A stretch of DNA of 64,000 nt from the NCBI GenBank assembly GCA_963841675.1, contig CAWJEH010000017.1, positions 95,229 through 159,228 of the forward strand. The letters are read 5' to 3'. Made by a program: the position numbers and the translations under genes. A model generated the notes under the pieces. It had not been told where the DNA came from. It was given only the letters and a program-made list of their open reading frames with translations, and did no database searches. Positions 53,457 to 63,036 of the stretch are shown here, in pieces. Source of the stretch: Terriglobia bacterium. Lineage in GTDB: Bacteria; Acidobacteriota; Terriglobia; Bryobacterales; Bryobacteraceae. Every line of letters starts with the position of its first letter. Position 1 is the stretch's first letter.

Positions 53457-54866
53457 TTGCAGATACCCGAGCCTTCCGGAGAACCGGCAGATTCGCTTTC
53501 CGGGGGGCCAGCTACGATTCGCCTCGAAAGAGGCATGGGTCTCTTCCCTGCCTTGGCGGCCAACATGCTGCAGATGGTGGGAGTCGGTCCATTCCTCACG
53601 ATCCCGCTGATCCTCTCCACGATGCACGGGCCACAGGCGCTAGCCGGCTGGGTGCTAGGTGGTTTGATCGCGGCGTGTGATGGCTTGGTGTGGGCGGAAC
53701 TCGGTGCGGCTATGCCCGGTAGCGGCGGTTCCTACGAATATTTGCAGCAGGCGTTTGGGCCGCATTCGCTCGGCCGGCTAATGGGCTTCTTATTTCTTTG
53801 GCAGGTGATGTTGTCTGCTCCATTGACCGCGGCTTCCGGAGGGGTTGGTTTTGCCGATTATGCGCGGTATCTTTTCCCTGGCATGACTGATTTGGAGCAT
53901 AAATTGGTAGCGGTAGCGGTTTGTCTGGCCGCAACGGTCCTGCTTTATCGAAACATCCGCTCGATCGGAAAAATCTCGACCGTTCTCTGGATAGGATTGA
54001 TGTTCGCCATGGGCATCATTATCTGGAGTGGGGCTGGGCATTTTCAGCCGAAACTTGCGTTTAACTTCCCGCCCGGCGCGTTTCATTTTTCCAGCGCTTT
54101 CCTTGTGGGCCTGGGCGCGGCAACCCTGCTGAGCATGTATGATTACAGCGGCTATTTCACGGTTTGCCTGATCGGCGGCGAGATCGAGAATCCGAGTGTC
54201 ACAATCCCGAGGAGCATTCTGCTCTCGATCGGCATACTGGTAGTGCTCTACATTGCTATGAGCCTCTCCATCATTGGCGTGATTCCCTGGCAGGAAGCGG
54301 CCCGGTCGCAGGCCGTTGTTTCTAATTTCATGGAACGCATCTACGGGACCAAGGCGGCGTCAGCAATGACGGTATTGATCCTCTGGGTCGCATTCGCATC
54401 CGTGTTTTGCGTTCTTCTGGGCTATACGCGCGTGCCTTTTGCCGCCGCTAGCGAAGGGCGCTTCTTCTCGGCGTTTGCTCGAGTGCATCCTACCCAGCAT
54501 TTTCCAGCTTTCTCGGTCCTGTTTATGGGTGTTCTATCCGCCCTTGCCTGTCTGCTGACCCTCGAACAGCTCATCAAAGAACTCATCATTCTGCAGATCA
54601 TGACGCAGTTTGCTGCGCAATGTGTCGCTGTCATCCTGATACGGCGCCTGCGCAAGAACATTATCCGGCCGTTCTCAATGCCGCTTTATCCTTTGCCAGT
54701 GTTGGTCGCGCTGGCTGGTTGGCTATACATCCTTTTCTTCAGCGAGAAAGGCTATGTGCTCACAGGACTGGCTTTGCTTATCTTTGGAATCACGGCGTAC
54801 TTATGGCGGGCGCGCCGTCTCAACGAGTGGCCCTGGATCAACGCGGCCGGATCACCGATTGCCTGA
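53457..54866 (+). CDS. APC-superfamily amino acid/polyamine permease
   Basis: 469 aa with 12 TM. The N-terminal block is ANMLQMVGVGPFLTIP...WVLGGLIAACDGLVWAELGAAMPGSGGSYEY. The start codon is uncertain (TTG 53457). Confidence 0.85.
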   Translation: MQIPEPSGEPADSLSGGPATIRLERGMGLFPALAANMLQMVGVGPFLTIPLILSTMHGPQALAGWVLGGLIAACDGLVWAELGAAMPGSGGSYEYLQQAFGPHSLGRLMGFLFLWQVMLSAPLTAASGGVGFADYARYLFPGMTDLEHKLVAVAVCLAATVLLYRNIRSIGKISTVLWIGLMFAMGIIIWSGAGHFQPKLAFNFPPGAFHFSSAFLVGLGAATLLSMYDYSGYFTVCLIGGEIENPSVTIPRSILLSIGILVVLYIAMSLSIIGVIPWQEAARSQAVVSNFMERIYGTKAASAMTVLILWVAFASVFCVLLGYTRVPFAAASEGRFFSAFARVHPTQHFPAFSVLFMGVLSALACLLTLEQLIKELIILQIMTQFAAQCVAVILIRRLRKNIIRPFSMPLYPLPVLVALAGWLYILFFSEKGYVLTGLALLIFGITAYLWRARRLNEWPWINAAGSPIA

Positions 54867-54882
54867 CGGGCCGAGCACCATC

Positions 54883-56211
54883 TCAAGCGATTCCGAACTT
54901 CTTCTGCATATCCTCGAGGGAGATGCCCTTCGTCTCAGGGAAGAAGAACAATACTACGAAGAACTGCAGAACCATCATGGCCGCAAAGAATATAAACGGA
55001 GCGCCTCTTGAATGACTGGCCATGATAGGGAACGTCCAGGAGATCGCGGCATTCATAAACCAGTGAGTGAAGCTGCCTAGACTCTGCCCATTGGCCCGGA
55101 CGCGCGTAGGGAAAACCTCGCTGATGAAGACCCAGATGACTGCGCCCTGCGAGAAGGAAAAGAACGCGATGAATCCCACCAACAACCACACCAGCCAGTT
55201 CTCATGGCTGGAACTCAGGAATACGCCGGCCACCCCTGCCAAACAAATAGCACAGCCTACAGAGCCGATCAGGAGCAGCGTCTTTCTTCCGACTCGATCT
55301 ATGATCGACATGGCAATGATGACAGCCACCAGGTTGGTGAAGCCGATCAGAACGGCCTGCAAATCGCCTGACACTTTGCTGTAGCCCGCGCGGGCAAAGA
55401 TGTCATTCAGATAATAGAGAATCGCGTTGATCCCGGATAACTGATTGAACATCGCGACCGCAACAGCCAGGAAGATAGGAAGCCGGTATTTCCACTGGAA
55501 GAGGGGCTCCGCGCCGTGTCCGTGCTCAACATCGATCGAAGCGACGATATCTTGCAACTCCGACTCGACGTTTTCTTCACCGATGAGAACCAACACAGAA
55601 CGAGCTTCCTCGACCCGCGCCTTCTGTGCGAGCCAGCGCGGACTTCGGGGAATGGTGAAAAGCATGATGAAAAAAAACAGCGCGGGTATTCCGGATACGC
55701 CAAGCATCCAACGCCATTCGCCGACTCCCAACTCAGCCCGGCCGATCAGGTAATTGGATAAGTATGCGACCAGAATGCCGGCGACGATATTGAATTGGAA
55801 GAACCCCACCAACCTCCCCCGCATTTTTGCCGGTGCGATCTCGGCTATGTACATCGGACCCAACACCGAGGAACCGCCTATAGCCAAGCCTCCGATGAAC
55901 CGAAAAAATACCAGTGAATACCAATCCCAGGCAAACGCACAACCGATGGCAGAGACGAGATAGAGAATTGCCATGACGCGAAGGCTGTCCCGGCGTCCAT
56001 ACCGGTCGCCTGGGATTCCGGCAAGCATCGATCCGATGACGGTTCCAACCAGGGCGATGGCAACAGTCAGACCGAGCGTGGAGGGAGTTAAGGCAAATGC
56101 GGTAGTAAGTCCAGCAGTTGTACCCGCGATGACCGCAGTGTCAAAACCAAAAAGCAGGCCTCCCAGGGCCGCGACAACAGTACTCTTGAGGAGCGCTGCA
56201 CTGAGCTTCAT
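54883..56211 (-). CDS. MFS sugar porter-family transporter
   Basis: I placed the start at ATG 56211 (MKLSAALLKSTVVAALGGLLFGFDTAVIAG). Motifs are GDRYGRR, PRSPRWL and PETKG. Its ATG overlaps the ROK gene stop (ATGA). Confidence 0.9.
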   Translation of the reverse strand: MKLSAALLKSTVVAALGGLLFGFDTAVIAGTTAGLTTAFALTPSTLGLTVAIALVGTVIGSMLAGIPGDRYGRRDSLRVMAILYLVSAIGCAFAWDWYSLVFFRFIGGLAIGGSSVLGPMYIAEIAPAKMRGRLVGFFQFNIVAGILVAYLSNYLIGRAELGVGEWRWMLGVSGIPALFFFIMLFTIPRSPRWLAQKARVEEARSVLVLIGEENVESELQDIVASIDVEHGHGAEPLFQWKYRLPIFLAVAVAMFNQLSGINAILYYLNDIFARAGYSKVSGDLQAVLIGFTNLVAVIIAMSIIDRVGRKTLLLIGSVGCAICLAGVAGVFLSSSHENWLVWLLVGFIAFFSFSQGAVIWVFISEVFPTRVRANGQSLGSFTHWFMNAAISWTFPIMASHSRGAPFIFFAAMMVLQFFVVLFFFPETKGISLEDMQKKFGIA

Positions 56212-57158
56212 GCGCGAACCCTGACGGCAGATCTTGCCGGGCTTTCGGGCATAGTAGCCGTCGCGCGTTCGGCAAGAACCAGGGCGCCCAGAATGCCTGC
56301 ATGCCCGCCGAGTTGCGGGGGTTGAATGAATTCGTCGAGCCGATCCGTCAATTGCGGGTGCCTCACATAGCCGTTGAGCAATTGCGAGAATTCCCTGCGA
56401 ATCAGAGTAAAAAGATGAGCCTGCTGCATAACACCACCGCCCAGCAAAATACGCTGGGGGGACAGGGTGACTGCCAGATTGTTGAGACCGTACGCGATGT
56501 ACTGCGCCTCCAAAGCCCACGCTGGATGTTCGGGCGGCAGCGTCAGGGCAAGCGCATTCCAGCGCGCTCCAATAGCGGGTCCGCAGGCAAGTCCTTCGAA
56601 GCAGTCTCCGTGAAATGGACAGAGCCCTGCGAATGGATCGCGCACCCGATCATGGGGAATTCTCAAGTGACCCATCTCCGGATGCACTAAGCCGTGTGCC
56701 ACTTGTCCGCCCACCAGCGCGCCCCCACCGATGCCGGTGCCGATCGTCAGATAGATGGCGTCGGAAAGTCCCCGCGCAGCACCCCAGCGCGCCTCTCCGA
56801 GAATCGCTGCATTGACATCGGTGTCAAATGCTATCGGAACGTCGATTGCGGCCTTCAACGTTCCAACCAAATCGAAATTCACCCAGGCCGCCTTGGGAGT
56901 GGAGGTAATGTGGCCAAACGCCGACGATTCCGGGTGCAGATCGATGGGACCGAAAGAACCAATCCCGATCCCCTCCAAACCAGCCGTTGCATTCTGGAAG
57001 AAGCGAATAACCTGCGTGAGGGTGACTTCGGGCGAAGACGTCGGGAACTGTTCGATGTGTAGATCTCCGGGCCCCGTTCCAATTCCGCAAATAAATTTCG
57101 TCCCGCCCGCTTCAATGCCGCCAAGCATGCATTTGAGTATATGCAAGTGGCGATTCAT
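56208..57158 (-). CDS. ROK-family sugar kinase (fructokinase-like)
   Basis: The N-terminus is MLGGIEAGGTKFICGIG. The ROK zinc/Cys block is GHLRIPHD...CPFHGDCFEGLACG. The start is probably ATG 57128. Confidence 0.85.
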   Translation of the reverse strand: MNRHLHILKCMLGGIEAGGTKFICGIGTGPGDLHIEQFPTSSPEVTLTQVIRFFQNATAGLEGIGIGSFGPIDLHPESSAFGHITSTPKAAWVNFDLVGTLKAAIDVPIAFDTDVNAAILGEARWGAARGLSDAIYLTIGTGIGGGALVGGQVAHGLVHPEMGHLRIPHDRVRDPFAGLCPFHGDCFEGLACGPAIGARWNALALTLPPEHPAWALEAQYIAYGLNNLAVTLSPQRILLGGGVMQQAHLFTLIRREFSQLLNGYVRHPQLTDRLDEFIQPPQLGGHAGILGALVLAERATATMPESPARSAVRVRA

Positions 57159-57293
57159 CCCGGTTACTTGTTCAGCGAGGCATGGTGAGTTTACGCAGAG
57201 ACTTCAGCTCCAGGGGCTGTCACCATAAGCTGGCGCCTGAACAAACGTCTTGGAGCCGGGGCTCGCCCGCATGCTTTCAATTGCCGGGTGGGG

Positions 57294-57449
57294 ATGGCAC
57301 ATGGGCGAGATGATACCCTTGTTCCTCGCACGAATCGACGTGGTGTTGACAGCATTTACGAAGTGATTGAAGCAGCCGGTTGCTCACTGTTGCCGGCTGA
57401 TTTCGAAAAGATTACACATGGCAATGCGGAACGGCTCCTGAGACTGTAA
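57294..57449 (+). pseudogene. possible C-terminal remnant of an amidohydrolase-family gene (weak)
   Basis: The frame ending at TAA 57447-57449 encodes ...SIYEVIEAAGCSLLPADFEKITHGNAERLLRL. This resembles the conserved C-terminal ending (I..GNA.RLL.L) of metal-dependent amidohydrolases. Nothing resembling the upstream TIM-barrel sequence is present. Confidence 0.25.
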
Positions 57450-57546
57450 ATACAGGTAATGTATGGCTTGGTAAGCGATTCAGTTGAGGAACCGCTCCTA
57501 GTGTGAACAAAGCCGTGCGAGCCTTCGTATTTCATGACGGACACCT

Positions 57547-57972
57547 ATGGCGCAAGCAACAGCTTCTCCTCTCGGCCAGATTCACGAGCTATTAGCCAGA
57601 AAGCGGTACTCGGTCAGCGAATCCGGCGATAATGTGCTGCGAATTCAAGAAGTTGAAAGCGGCGTTTCGCTTCAGGCCGTTCTCGAAGGTGACATTCTTT
57701 TCTTATCAGTACTGTGCATGGTCGTTCCGGCAGCCAAAATCACGCCCTCGCTCATGCGCAAAATGCTTGCCGCGGAGAACGGGATTTCGACCTCTTATTT
57801 CCAGCTCTATGACAGTAAGGATGGGCAGATCGCCATCGCTCTGAACAACTTCTGTAAATTGCAGGAACTTGGGCCGGATGACGAAGACGACATCCTCTCG
57901 TGCGTCAGTTTTCTTCTGGCGGATGTAGTACACGCCAGGGATCTCATCGGTCCGGACCTCCAGTCAGCTTAG
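57547..57972 (+). CDS. small cytoplasmic protein, YjfI/DUF2170-like (YbjN-type fold) partner of PspA
   Basis: 141 aa, acidic. The block LRIQEVESGVSLQAVLEGDILFLSVLCMVV...MLAAENGISTSYFQL fits the pattern of the DUF2170 proteins that precede yjfJ-type pspA genes. The family assignment is tentative. Confidence 0.55.
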   Translation: MAQATASPLGQIHELLARKRYSVSESGDNVLRIQEVESGVSLQAVLEGDILFLSVLCMVVPAAKITPSLMRKMLAAENGISTSYFQLYDSKDGQIAIALNNFCKLQELGPDDEDDILSCVSFLLADVVHARDLIGPDLQSA

Positions 57973-58010
57973 TTGGAAGCGACAGCGCGAAAATCATCAG
58001 GGGGAACCAA

Positions 58011-58763
58011 ATGGGATTTTTTTCAGACATCTTCAACCGGGCAGGACGGGTGGCACGCGGCCAAGCCAACCAGGGGATGGGAGCCATAGAGGATGCCACC
58101 TTTGCCACCACCGTTCGTCAAACCGTCGCCGACATGAAGACGGAGCTCAATAAGGTGATTCAGTCATCGGCAATGGCCATGAGCAACTACAACCGCCTCG
58201 ATGCCGAGTATCAGAAGTACGTCCGACAATCGCAGGAATGGAAGGATCGAGCCGGTCTGGCGCTCGATGCCGGTAACGAAGACCTCGCCAAAAAAGCCTT
58301 GGCAAAGAAAGCCGAGAGCGATAAACAGGTCGCATCGCTGCAGGCAGCCATCGAGTCCGCCCGCCAGGCAAGTGAATCGCTAAAAGCACAGGTCTCAGAC
58401 CTCAAGCACAAGATCGAGGAGGGAGAGCGGACCGCAACTACATTGGTAGCCCGCAAAAACGCTGCGATGGCACAGCGTAAGGTCTCCGAAGCCTTGGCTG
58501 GGGTCGGCAAGGCCGATAACGCTTTCGCGCAGTTGTCGCATTTCGAAGAATCGGTCGCGAAGGAAGAAGCTACCGCCAAGGCATTCGACCAGCTCGCCAG
58601 CGCGGGCAGGGATACAAATCTGGAGGCGGAATTCGCGCAGCTTCAGGGCCACACCGTCGACGCCGAACTCGAAGCTCTGAAGCGCGAACGCCTCGGTATA
58701 GGAGCCGGTAGAAAGCCAACTGTAGAACTTCCCAAAGAGCTACCCTCACCTGGCCGGCAATAA
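58011..58763 (+). CDS. PspA/IM30/Vipp1-family protein (YjfJ-like)
   Basis: The start is ATG 58011 (AGGGGGA upstream): MGFFSDIFNRAGRVARGQANQGMGAIEDATFATTVRQTVADMKTELNKV... The rest is a continuous coiled coil of 250 aa. Confidence 0.85.
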   Translation: MGFFSDIFNRAGRVARGQANQGMGAIEDATFATTVRQTVADMKTELNKVIQSSAMAMSNYNRLDAEYQKYVRQSQEWKDRAGLALDAGNEDLAKKALAKKAESDKQVASLQAAIESARQASESLKAQVSDLKHKIEEGERTATTLVARKNAAMAQRKVSEALAGVGKADNAFAQLSHFEESVAKEEATAKAFDQLASAGRDTNLEAEFAQLQGHTVDAELEALKRERLGIGAGRKPTVELPKELPSPGRQ

Positions 58764-58765
58764 TT

Positions 58766-59329
58766 ATGTTTTTTGATCGCAAACCGGCGACCGGTCCACA
58801 GGAGGATCTTGCGAATCTCAACGTGAGCGAGGCTCGCGTGGGTGACGCACTCTCCATTTCCGGCGCCGCTCCGGATTTCAGTGATCTTGATTTCACCGTC
58901 GATCGCCGCGATAACTACGAAGCGGGCAATCGTCAGTGGATCGAACTAAGCGGCATGTGGCGCGATCAGCGCGTCTACCTCGAGATTCACAACGACGATG
59001 CCATTCGGATCTTAGGGAGCTTTGATGGTCGCATCATGACGCTCGACCAACTAGGCCTAAATGAAGACGATCTTGGCCAGATGGACCAGCGGCAGAACCC
59101 ATCCGATTTCTTCGACTATGACGGTAAGTTCTGGCTTTATCGCTTCAGCCGCGAAGTAGGCGTGTTCAGCTGGGGCGCTACCACGGGACGTGGATTTTAC
59201 TGCTGGCAGTTTCAGGAGCAGGATTCGAAACGCTTCATGAGTATCCGGAAGTTCGAAGGCGAGCCTTTCAGCGCGAAGATCTGGAACCAACTCGACCCGG
59301 CAGATGTGACGGTCTATCGGAGTGCGTAA
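58766..59329 (+). CDS. DUF4178-like protein (YjfK C-terminal-domain-like)
   Basis: 187 aa, starting 2 nt after the pspA-like stop. The blocks VGDALSISG...DFTVDRRDNYEAGNRQWIELSGMW...YLEI and FDYDGKFWLYRFS resemble DUF4178. This is a tentative family call. Confidence 0.55.
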   Translation: MFFDRKPATGPQEDLANLNVSEARVGDALSISGAAPDFSDLDFTVDRRDNYEAGNRQWIELSGMWRDQRVYLEIHNDDAIRILGSFDGRIMTLDQLGLNEDDLGQMDQRQNPSDFFDYDGKFWLYRFSREVGVFSWGATTGRGFYCWQFQEQDSKRFMSIRKFEGEPFSAKIWNQLDPADVTVYRSA

Positions 59330-60820
59330 TGAAATCGCCGAAGTTTACTTTGCCGGTCGCTGCCGCCGTACTGCTCGTCGCCTGTATGGGGGGGCTGCCG
59401 TCCTTCGCTCCGCCAGGATATCGCGGACGAACATCAAAGACTACTTAACGGCGCGCAAGAGATTCAGCGTTCTCAGCAGAGGGTTAACCAAGAAGTCGCC
59501 GCCGATCCGGATCTGTTTCGCAACACGCCGGCTCCAGCCGGCTGGACGTCGGAGTTTCAACGTGCCAGTGAAATACTGCATACCGCGGAAGAGACCGACC
59601 GAGATCTGAATCAGCTCGCCGCCCGTAATCGCCCGGGAGATCGCGGGAGGGCTGAGAGTTTGCTTGCAAGCGAGCGAGCACTGCGTCGAAAGGCGCTCGA
59701 TCAATCTCAGGCAGTCGTTTCTGCAGCAAGCCACTGGGTAAATTTCCGTCACGACCTGCCGGCAAACCTTGACGCGATGAAGCAGGAGTTTACGACGGTT
59801 CACTCGGTCGATCTTGGTCCACTTACAAAGACAGTGGCTCAGGCCGAAAATGACTGGCCAGGCAAAAAAGATGTCTTGGAAACACGCCTGAACAGTATTC
59901 ACGCAATCCAAGGTAATGCCGAAACACTTTGGGACAAAACGGCAGACGAGCGTCAGGAAGCAACCGCCAACAATATCACCGAACCACAGCTGGCCCAGCT
60001 GATCACAGCAAGCGATGCACTCACACAAGACGCCCACGAGATCGACAAGCAGTCAACCGATTTGCGGGCTGCGAGCGGCGAGCTCTATGATTCGTGGGAC
60101 AAGATCCTGGTGGACCTCGGTAAAGATGGCGACCACGGTCCGTATCGAGAACGTATAAAGACGGTTCGCTCCCATTTGACCGATGTAGCGGGGAAAAAGA
60201 GCGAGACATCCAGCTCAGAACAGTGGGTAGCGGTCTCAGAGCCGGCCTTTCAGGCTGTGGAGAACGACATAGGGATGTCGCTTGCCCACAAGAACGCCGG
60301 ATTATTCGATTCGGAGGCGGTGACTGTACCGCAGCCTGCCGGCTTTGCTTACATCGCGCCTGAATCGCAAGGCTCGAATCAGTACGGATATTGGACACAC
60401 GACAGCGGTCACAGCGTCTGGACCTGGCTGCCGCAGTATCTCATCCTGCGTGAACTGCTTTGGAATCATTCATACCGGCCGGTGGTGCTTGACGAGTATC
60501 GCGGCTATCGAACGGCTGAGCAGATCGGCCGCACCTATTACGGTCGCGAGACGCCTACCAGCCCGCCGAAATATGGCACGCACGGCAGTTTCACAAAGAC
60601 GAGCTACGCCAGCAGCCGATACGTGCAATCGGGTGGGTTCCGAGGTTCTGCATACGCGTCCCATGGGTCGTCTAACGAGGCTCATGCTGAATCGCACAAG
60701 GACGGATTTTTCGGGGACAGAAGTAGCGGTCACCGCTTCGGGACGGGTGCTCGTCCCTCCTCAGGACGACACTTTGGCGGCTCGCGAGGTTTCGGCCGCA
60801 GCTTCGGGCGACATCGCTGA
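59329..60820 (+). pseudogene. lipoprotein of the PspA cluster, reading frame broken at a G7 homopolymer just after the lipobox
   Basis: The ATG at 59329 overlaps the upstream TAA. It encodes MKSPKFTLPVAAAVLLVAC (lipobox LVAC), then MGG, and hits TAA at 59446. The next frame is open from 59333 to 60820 and encodes QDIADEHQRLLNGAQEIQRSQQRV... through a Gly/Arg-rich tail (GGSRGFGRSFGRHR). Removing one G from GGGGGGG (59388-59394) joins the two frames. Confidence 0.7.
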
Positions 60821-60851
60821 AAAGGGTAATAACCCCGCTAAGTATAAGAGT

Positions 60852-62042
60852 CTATAGGAAGTCGCTGGGGTTTTTACCGCCTATAAAAAAGGGAACGGTA
60901 AGAAGGCTTCTGTGTAGAATTCTATATACGCTGGTTACGCAGGCATCCAGTAGCGAAGATGCGCCAATATGCGCTTTGAGCAATGATGCGAAGACGTCGG
61001 GATGCGCTTGGAGAACCGATAAGCTGCGCCGCTGTAACTCGCTATTCAGGTCCAGGCTGAGCAGTATCCGCTGCATTGTGCGCGGCCCGCGCATGATGGC
61101 TGCGTGTTCTCGCCGGTATTCGTTAACATGTCCATGCTTTAGCGCGCGGGCCAGGGCGAGGCTCTGCCTGAAGCTCAGAGACAGACCCTCGCCTGTGATA
61201 GCGTCGACCGAGCCGGCTGCGTCGCCGATCAGCGCCCTAGGGCCACGGCAGACGCTCCGCAGCTTTCGCGATACAGATAAACCGCCCTTTTCCGCCGTAA
61301 CCGGTTCACCTTTGGCAAGCCGATGCTGCAATTCCGGAAAGTGAAGCAGCGCGTCGCTCAACCGTATTCCGCTTTTTGAAATCACGGCCAGACAGACCTC
61401 GTCTTCGGCGGTAGGCGTTACATAGATCTGACATCCATGGCGCCAATGCACTTCGACGTAAGGAGACCACGGCTCGACACGATAGTGCCTACGAAAGCCG
61501 ATGCGACGGCTCACGCGCATTCCACGGTGAAGACCGATCTCGCGCCTCATTCCCGAGTTTTGCCCATCCGCACCCACCACAAACTGAGCGGCGACGAACC
61601 TGCCGTCAACTTGCACACCTGTTTTGCTCAAAAGGACGTGCTTGGCACCCCAAAGGAGGTTGACACCGCAGCTTTGCGCTTTCGAAATCAGCAGCTCATG
61701 AAGAAGAGTCCGGCGCAGCGCGAGTGCCGGAGCACCCGGGAAATCCGCGGACACTGTGGAATGCTCCCAACAAAAACGAATACCTTGGAACTGCCTCCCC
61801 ATCGCAGGTGGAAGGTCGACGCCGAGCGAGAGCAGCGCCTGTATACCTGCAGGCATCAGTCCTTCCCCACAAGCTTTGTCGATCGGAGGAGTCGCACAAT
61901 CTATGGTTGTTACGTGGTAGCCCTGCCGGCTGAGAGCGATCGCCGCCGCGAGACCTGCCGGGCCCGCACCCACGACGCAGATATCCTCAATCGACTCGCG
62001 TGTCACGCTTTTCCAGCTCAGCGACGCGGCGTTCGAGTGCAT
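60852..62042 (-). CDS. FAD-dependent oxidoreductase (geranylgeranyl reductase / aromatic-ring hydroxylase-like)
   Basis: The dinucleotide fold reads DICVVGAGPAGLAAAIALSRQGYHVTTID and the later GD motif reads LIGDAAGSVDAITGEGL. The start may instead be GTG 62006. Either start overlaps the lpxD 3' end. Confidence 0.8.
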   Translation of the reverse strand: MHSNAASLSWKSVTRESIEDICVVGAGPAGLAAAIALSRQGYHVTTIDCATPPIDKACGEGLMPAGIQALLSLGVDLPPAMGRQFQGIRFCWEHSTVSADFPGAPALALRRTLLHELLISKAQSCGVNLLWGAKHVLLSKTGVQVDGRFVAAQFVVGADGQNSGMRREIGLHRGMRVSRRIGFRRHYRVEPWSPYVEVHWRHGCQIYVTPTAEDEVCLAVISKSGIRLSDALLHFPELQHRLAKGEPVTAEKGGLSVSRKLRSVCRGPRALIGDAAGSVDAITGEGLSLSFRQSLALARALKHGHVNEYRREHAAIMRGPRTMQRILLSLDLNSELQRRSLSVLQAHPDVFASLLKAHIGASSLLDACVTSVYRILHRSLLTVPFFIGGKNPSDFL

Positions 62043-63030
62043 GCAGAGTTTTCATCAGCTCCGGCAACTTCGGATAAACGGCCGAGGAGCGAAGCCAATC
62101 CGCCGAATCGAATGCCGGATATCCGCTAACGATCGTGCCTTCCGCCACATCGCGATTGAGTCCGGATTGGGCCCAGACGATAGCGTTTTTGTGGATGGTA
62201 AGGTGACCCGCCGAGCCCGTCTGGCCGGCCATGATTACGTTTTCCTCGAGGGTCGTGCTACCGGCCAGACCGGTTTGCCCGCAGATGATGTTGTCCTCGC
62301 CTACGAGGCAAGAGTGCCCGATCTGGCAGAGACTGTCTATCTTAGCGCCGCGCTTGACGCGCGTTTCACCGAGTGTAGCCCGGTCGATAGAAGTCAGCGT
62401 CTGCACCTCCACATCATCTTCGAGTACCGTGCAGCCCGACTGCGGAATCTTGTTCTGCCTTCCCTTGTGGTCTTTGGCGAAACCGAATCCGTCGCCTCCG
62501 ATCACTACCCCGTTGTGGAGGGTCACACGATGGCCGATGCGCGAAAACTCACGCACGGAGACATGGGAGTGAGCCGTGAAATCGTCACCGATTACACAAC
62601 CCTCGTAAATCACCGCATGTGGATGCAGCACAGCATTCGCCCCGATCGTGGTCTTCTCCCCAACCACGGCGTACGCGCCAATGGCGGCATTAGGACCAAC
62701 AGCCGCGTTCGCCGCGACGAGCGCGGTGGGATGTATGCCGGAAGGCGGTCTGGGCGGCTGGTAAAAGAGAGCCAACGCGCGCGCGAAATCCAGGTAAGGA
62801 TTGGTAGAAACGAGCGTTGCGGCTACCGTATTTCTGAGCGGCTCGGACGCGATGATCGCCGCTGCTCGCGTTTGCCTGACCTTACTGGCATATTTGGCGT
62901 TGGTCAGGAAGCTCACTTCACGGGAGCCGGCGGTTTCGAGGGTCGCAATCCCGATAATCTCGGCCGACGCATTGCCGGTAAGCTGACAGCCTAGTTGCTC
63001 CGCAATCTGTCCGAGAGTAAACGACGGCAT
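61987..63030 (-). CDS. lpxD: UDP-3-O-(3-hydroxyacyl)glucosamine N-acyltransferase
   Basis: 347 aa. The N-terminus is FTLGQIAEQLGCQLTGNASAEIIGIATLETAGSREVSFLTNAKY. Long left-handed beta-helix hexapeptide repeats follow, then the C-terminal helix. Confidence 0.9.
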   Translation of the reverse strand: MPSFTLGQIAEQLGCQLTGNASAEIIGIATLETAGSREVSFLTNAKYASKVRQTRAAAIIASEPLRNTVAATLVSTNPYLDFARALALFYQPPRPPSGIHPTALVAANAAVGPNAAIGAYAVVGEKTTIGANAVLHPHAVIYEGCVIGDDFTAHSHVSVREFSRIGHRVTLHNGVVIGGDGFGFAKDHKGRQNKIPQSGCTVLEDDVEVQTLTSIDRATLGETRVKRGAKIDSLCQIGHSCLVGEDNIICGQTGLAGSTTLEENVIMAGQTGSAGHLTIHKNAIVWAQSGLNRDVAEGTIVSGYPAFDSADWLRSSAVYPKLPELMKTLHALERRVAELEKRDTRVD

Positions 63031-63036
63031 GACTGT

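Noticed and set aside
59322-59609. A 95-aa track ORF (MRNEIAEVYFAGRCRRTARR...) at the start of the lipoprotein region.
   Set aside because: It is a third frame with Arg-rich nonsense composition. The lipobox frame (from ATG 59329) and the long downstream frame explain the region better once the G7 frameshift is taken into account.
62041-62994. 317-aa ORF on the plus strand covering almost all of lpxD.
   Set aside because: It is antisense to a confidently identified gene. It has an Arg/Gly-rich composition and no motifs. The long open frame is explained by the hexapeptide-repeat codon periodicity and high GC of lpxD on the other strand.
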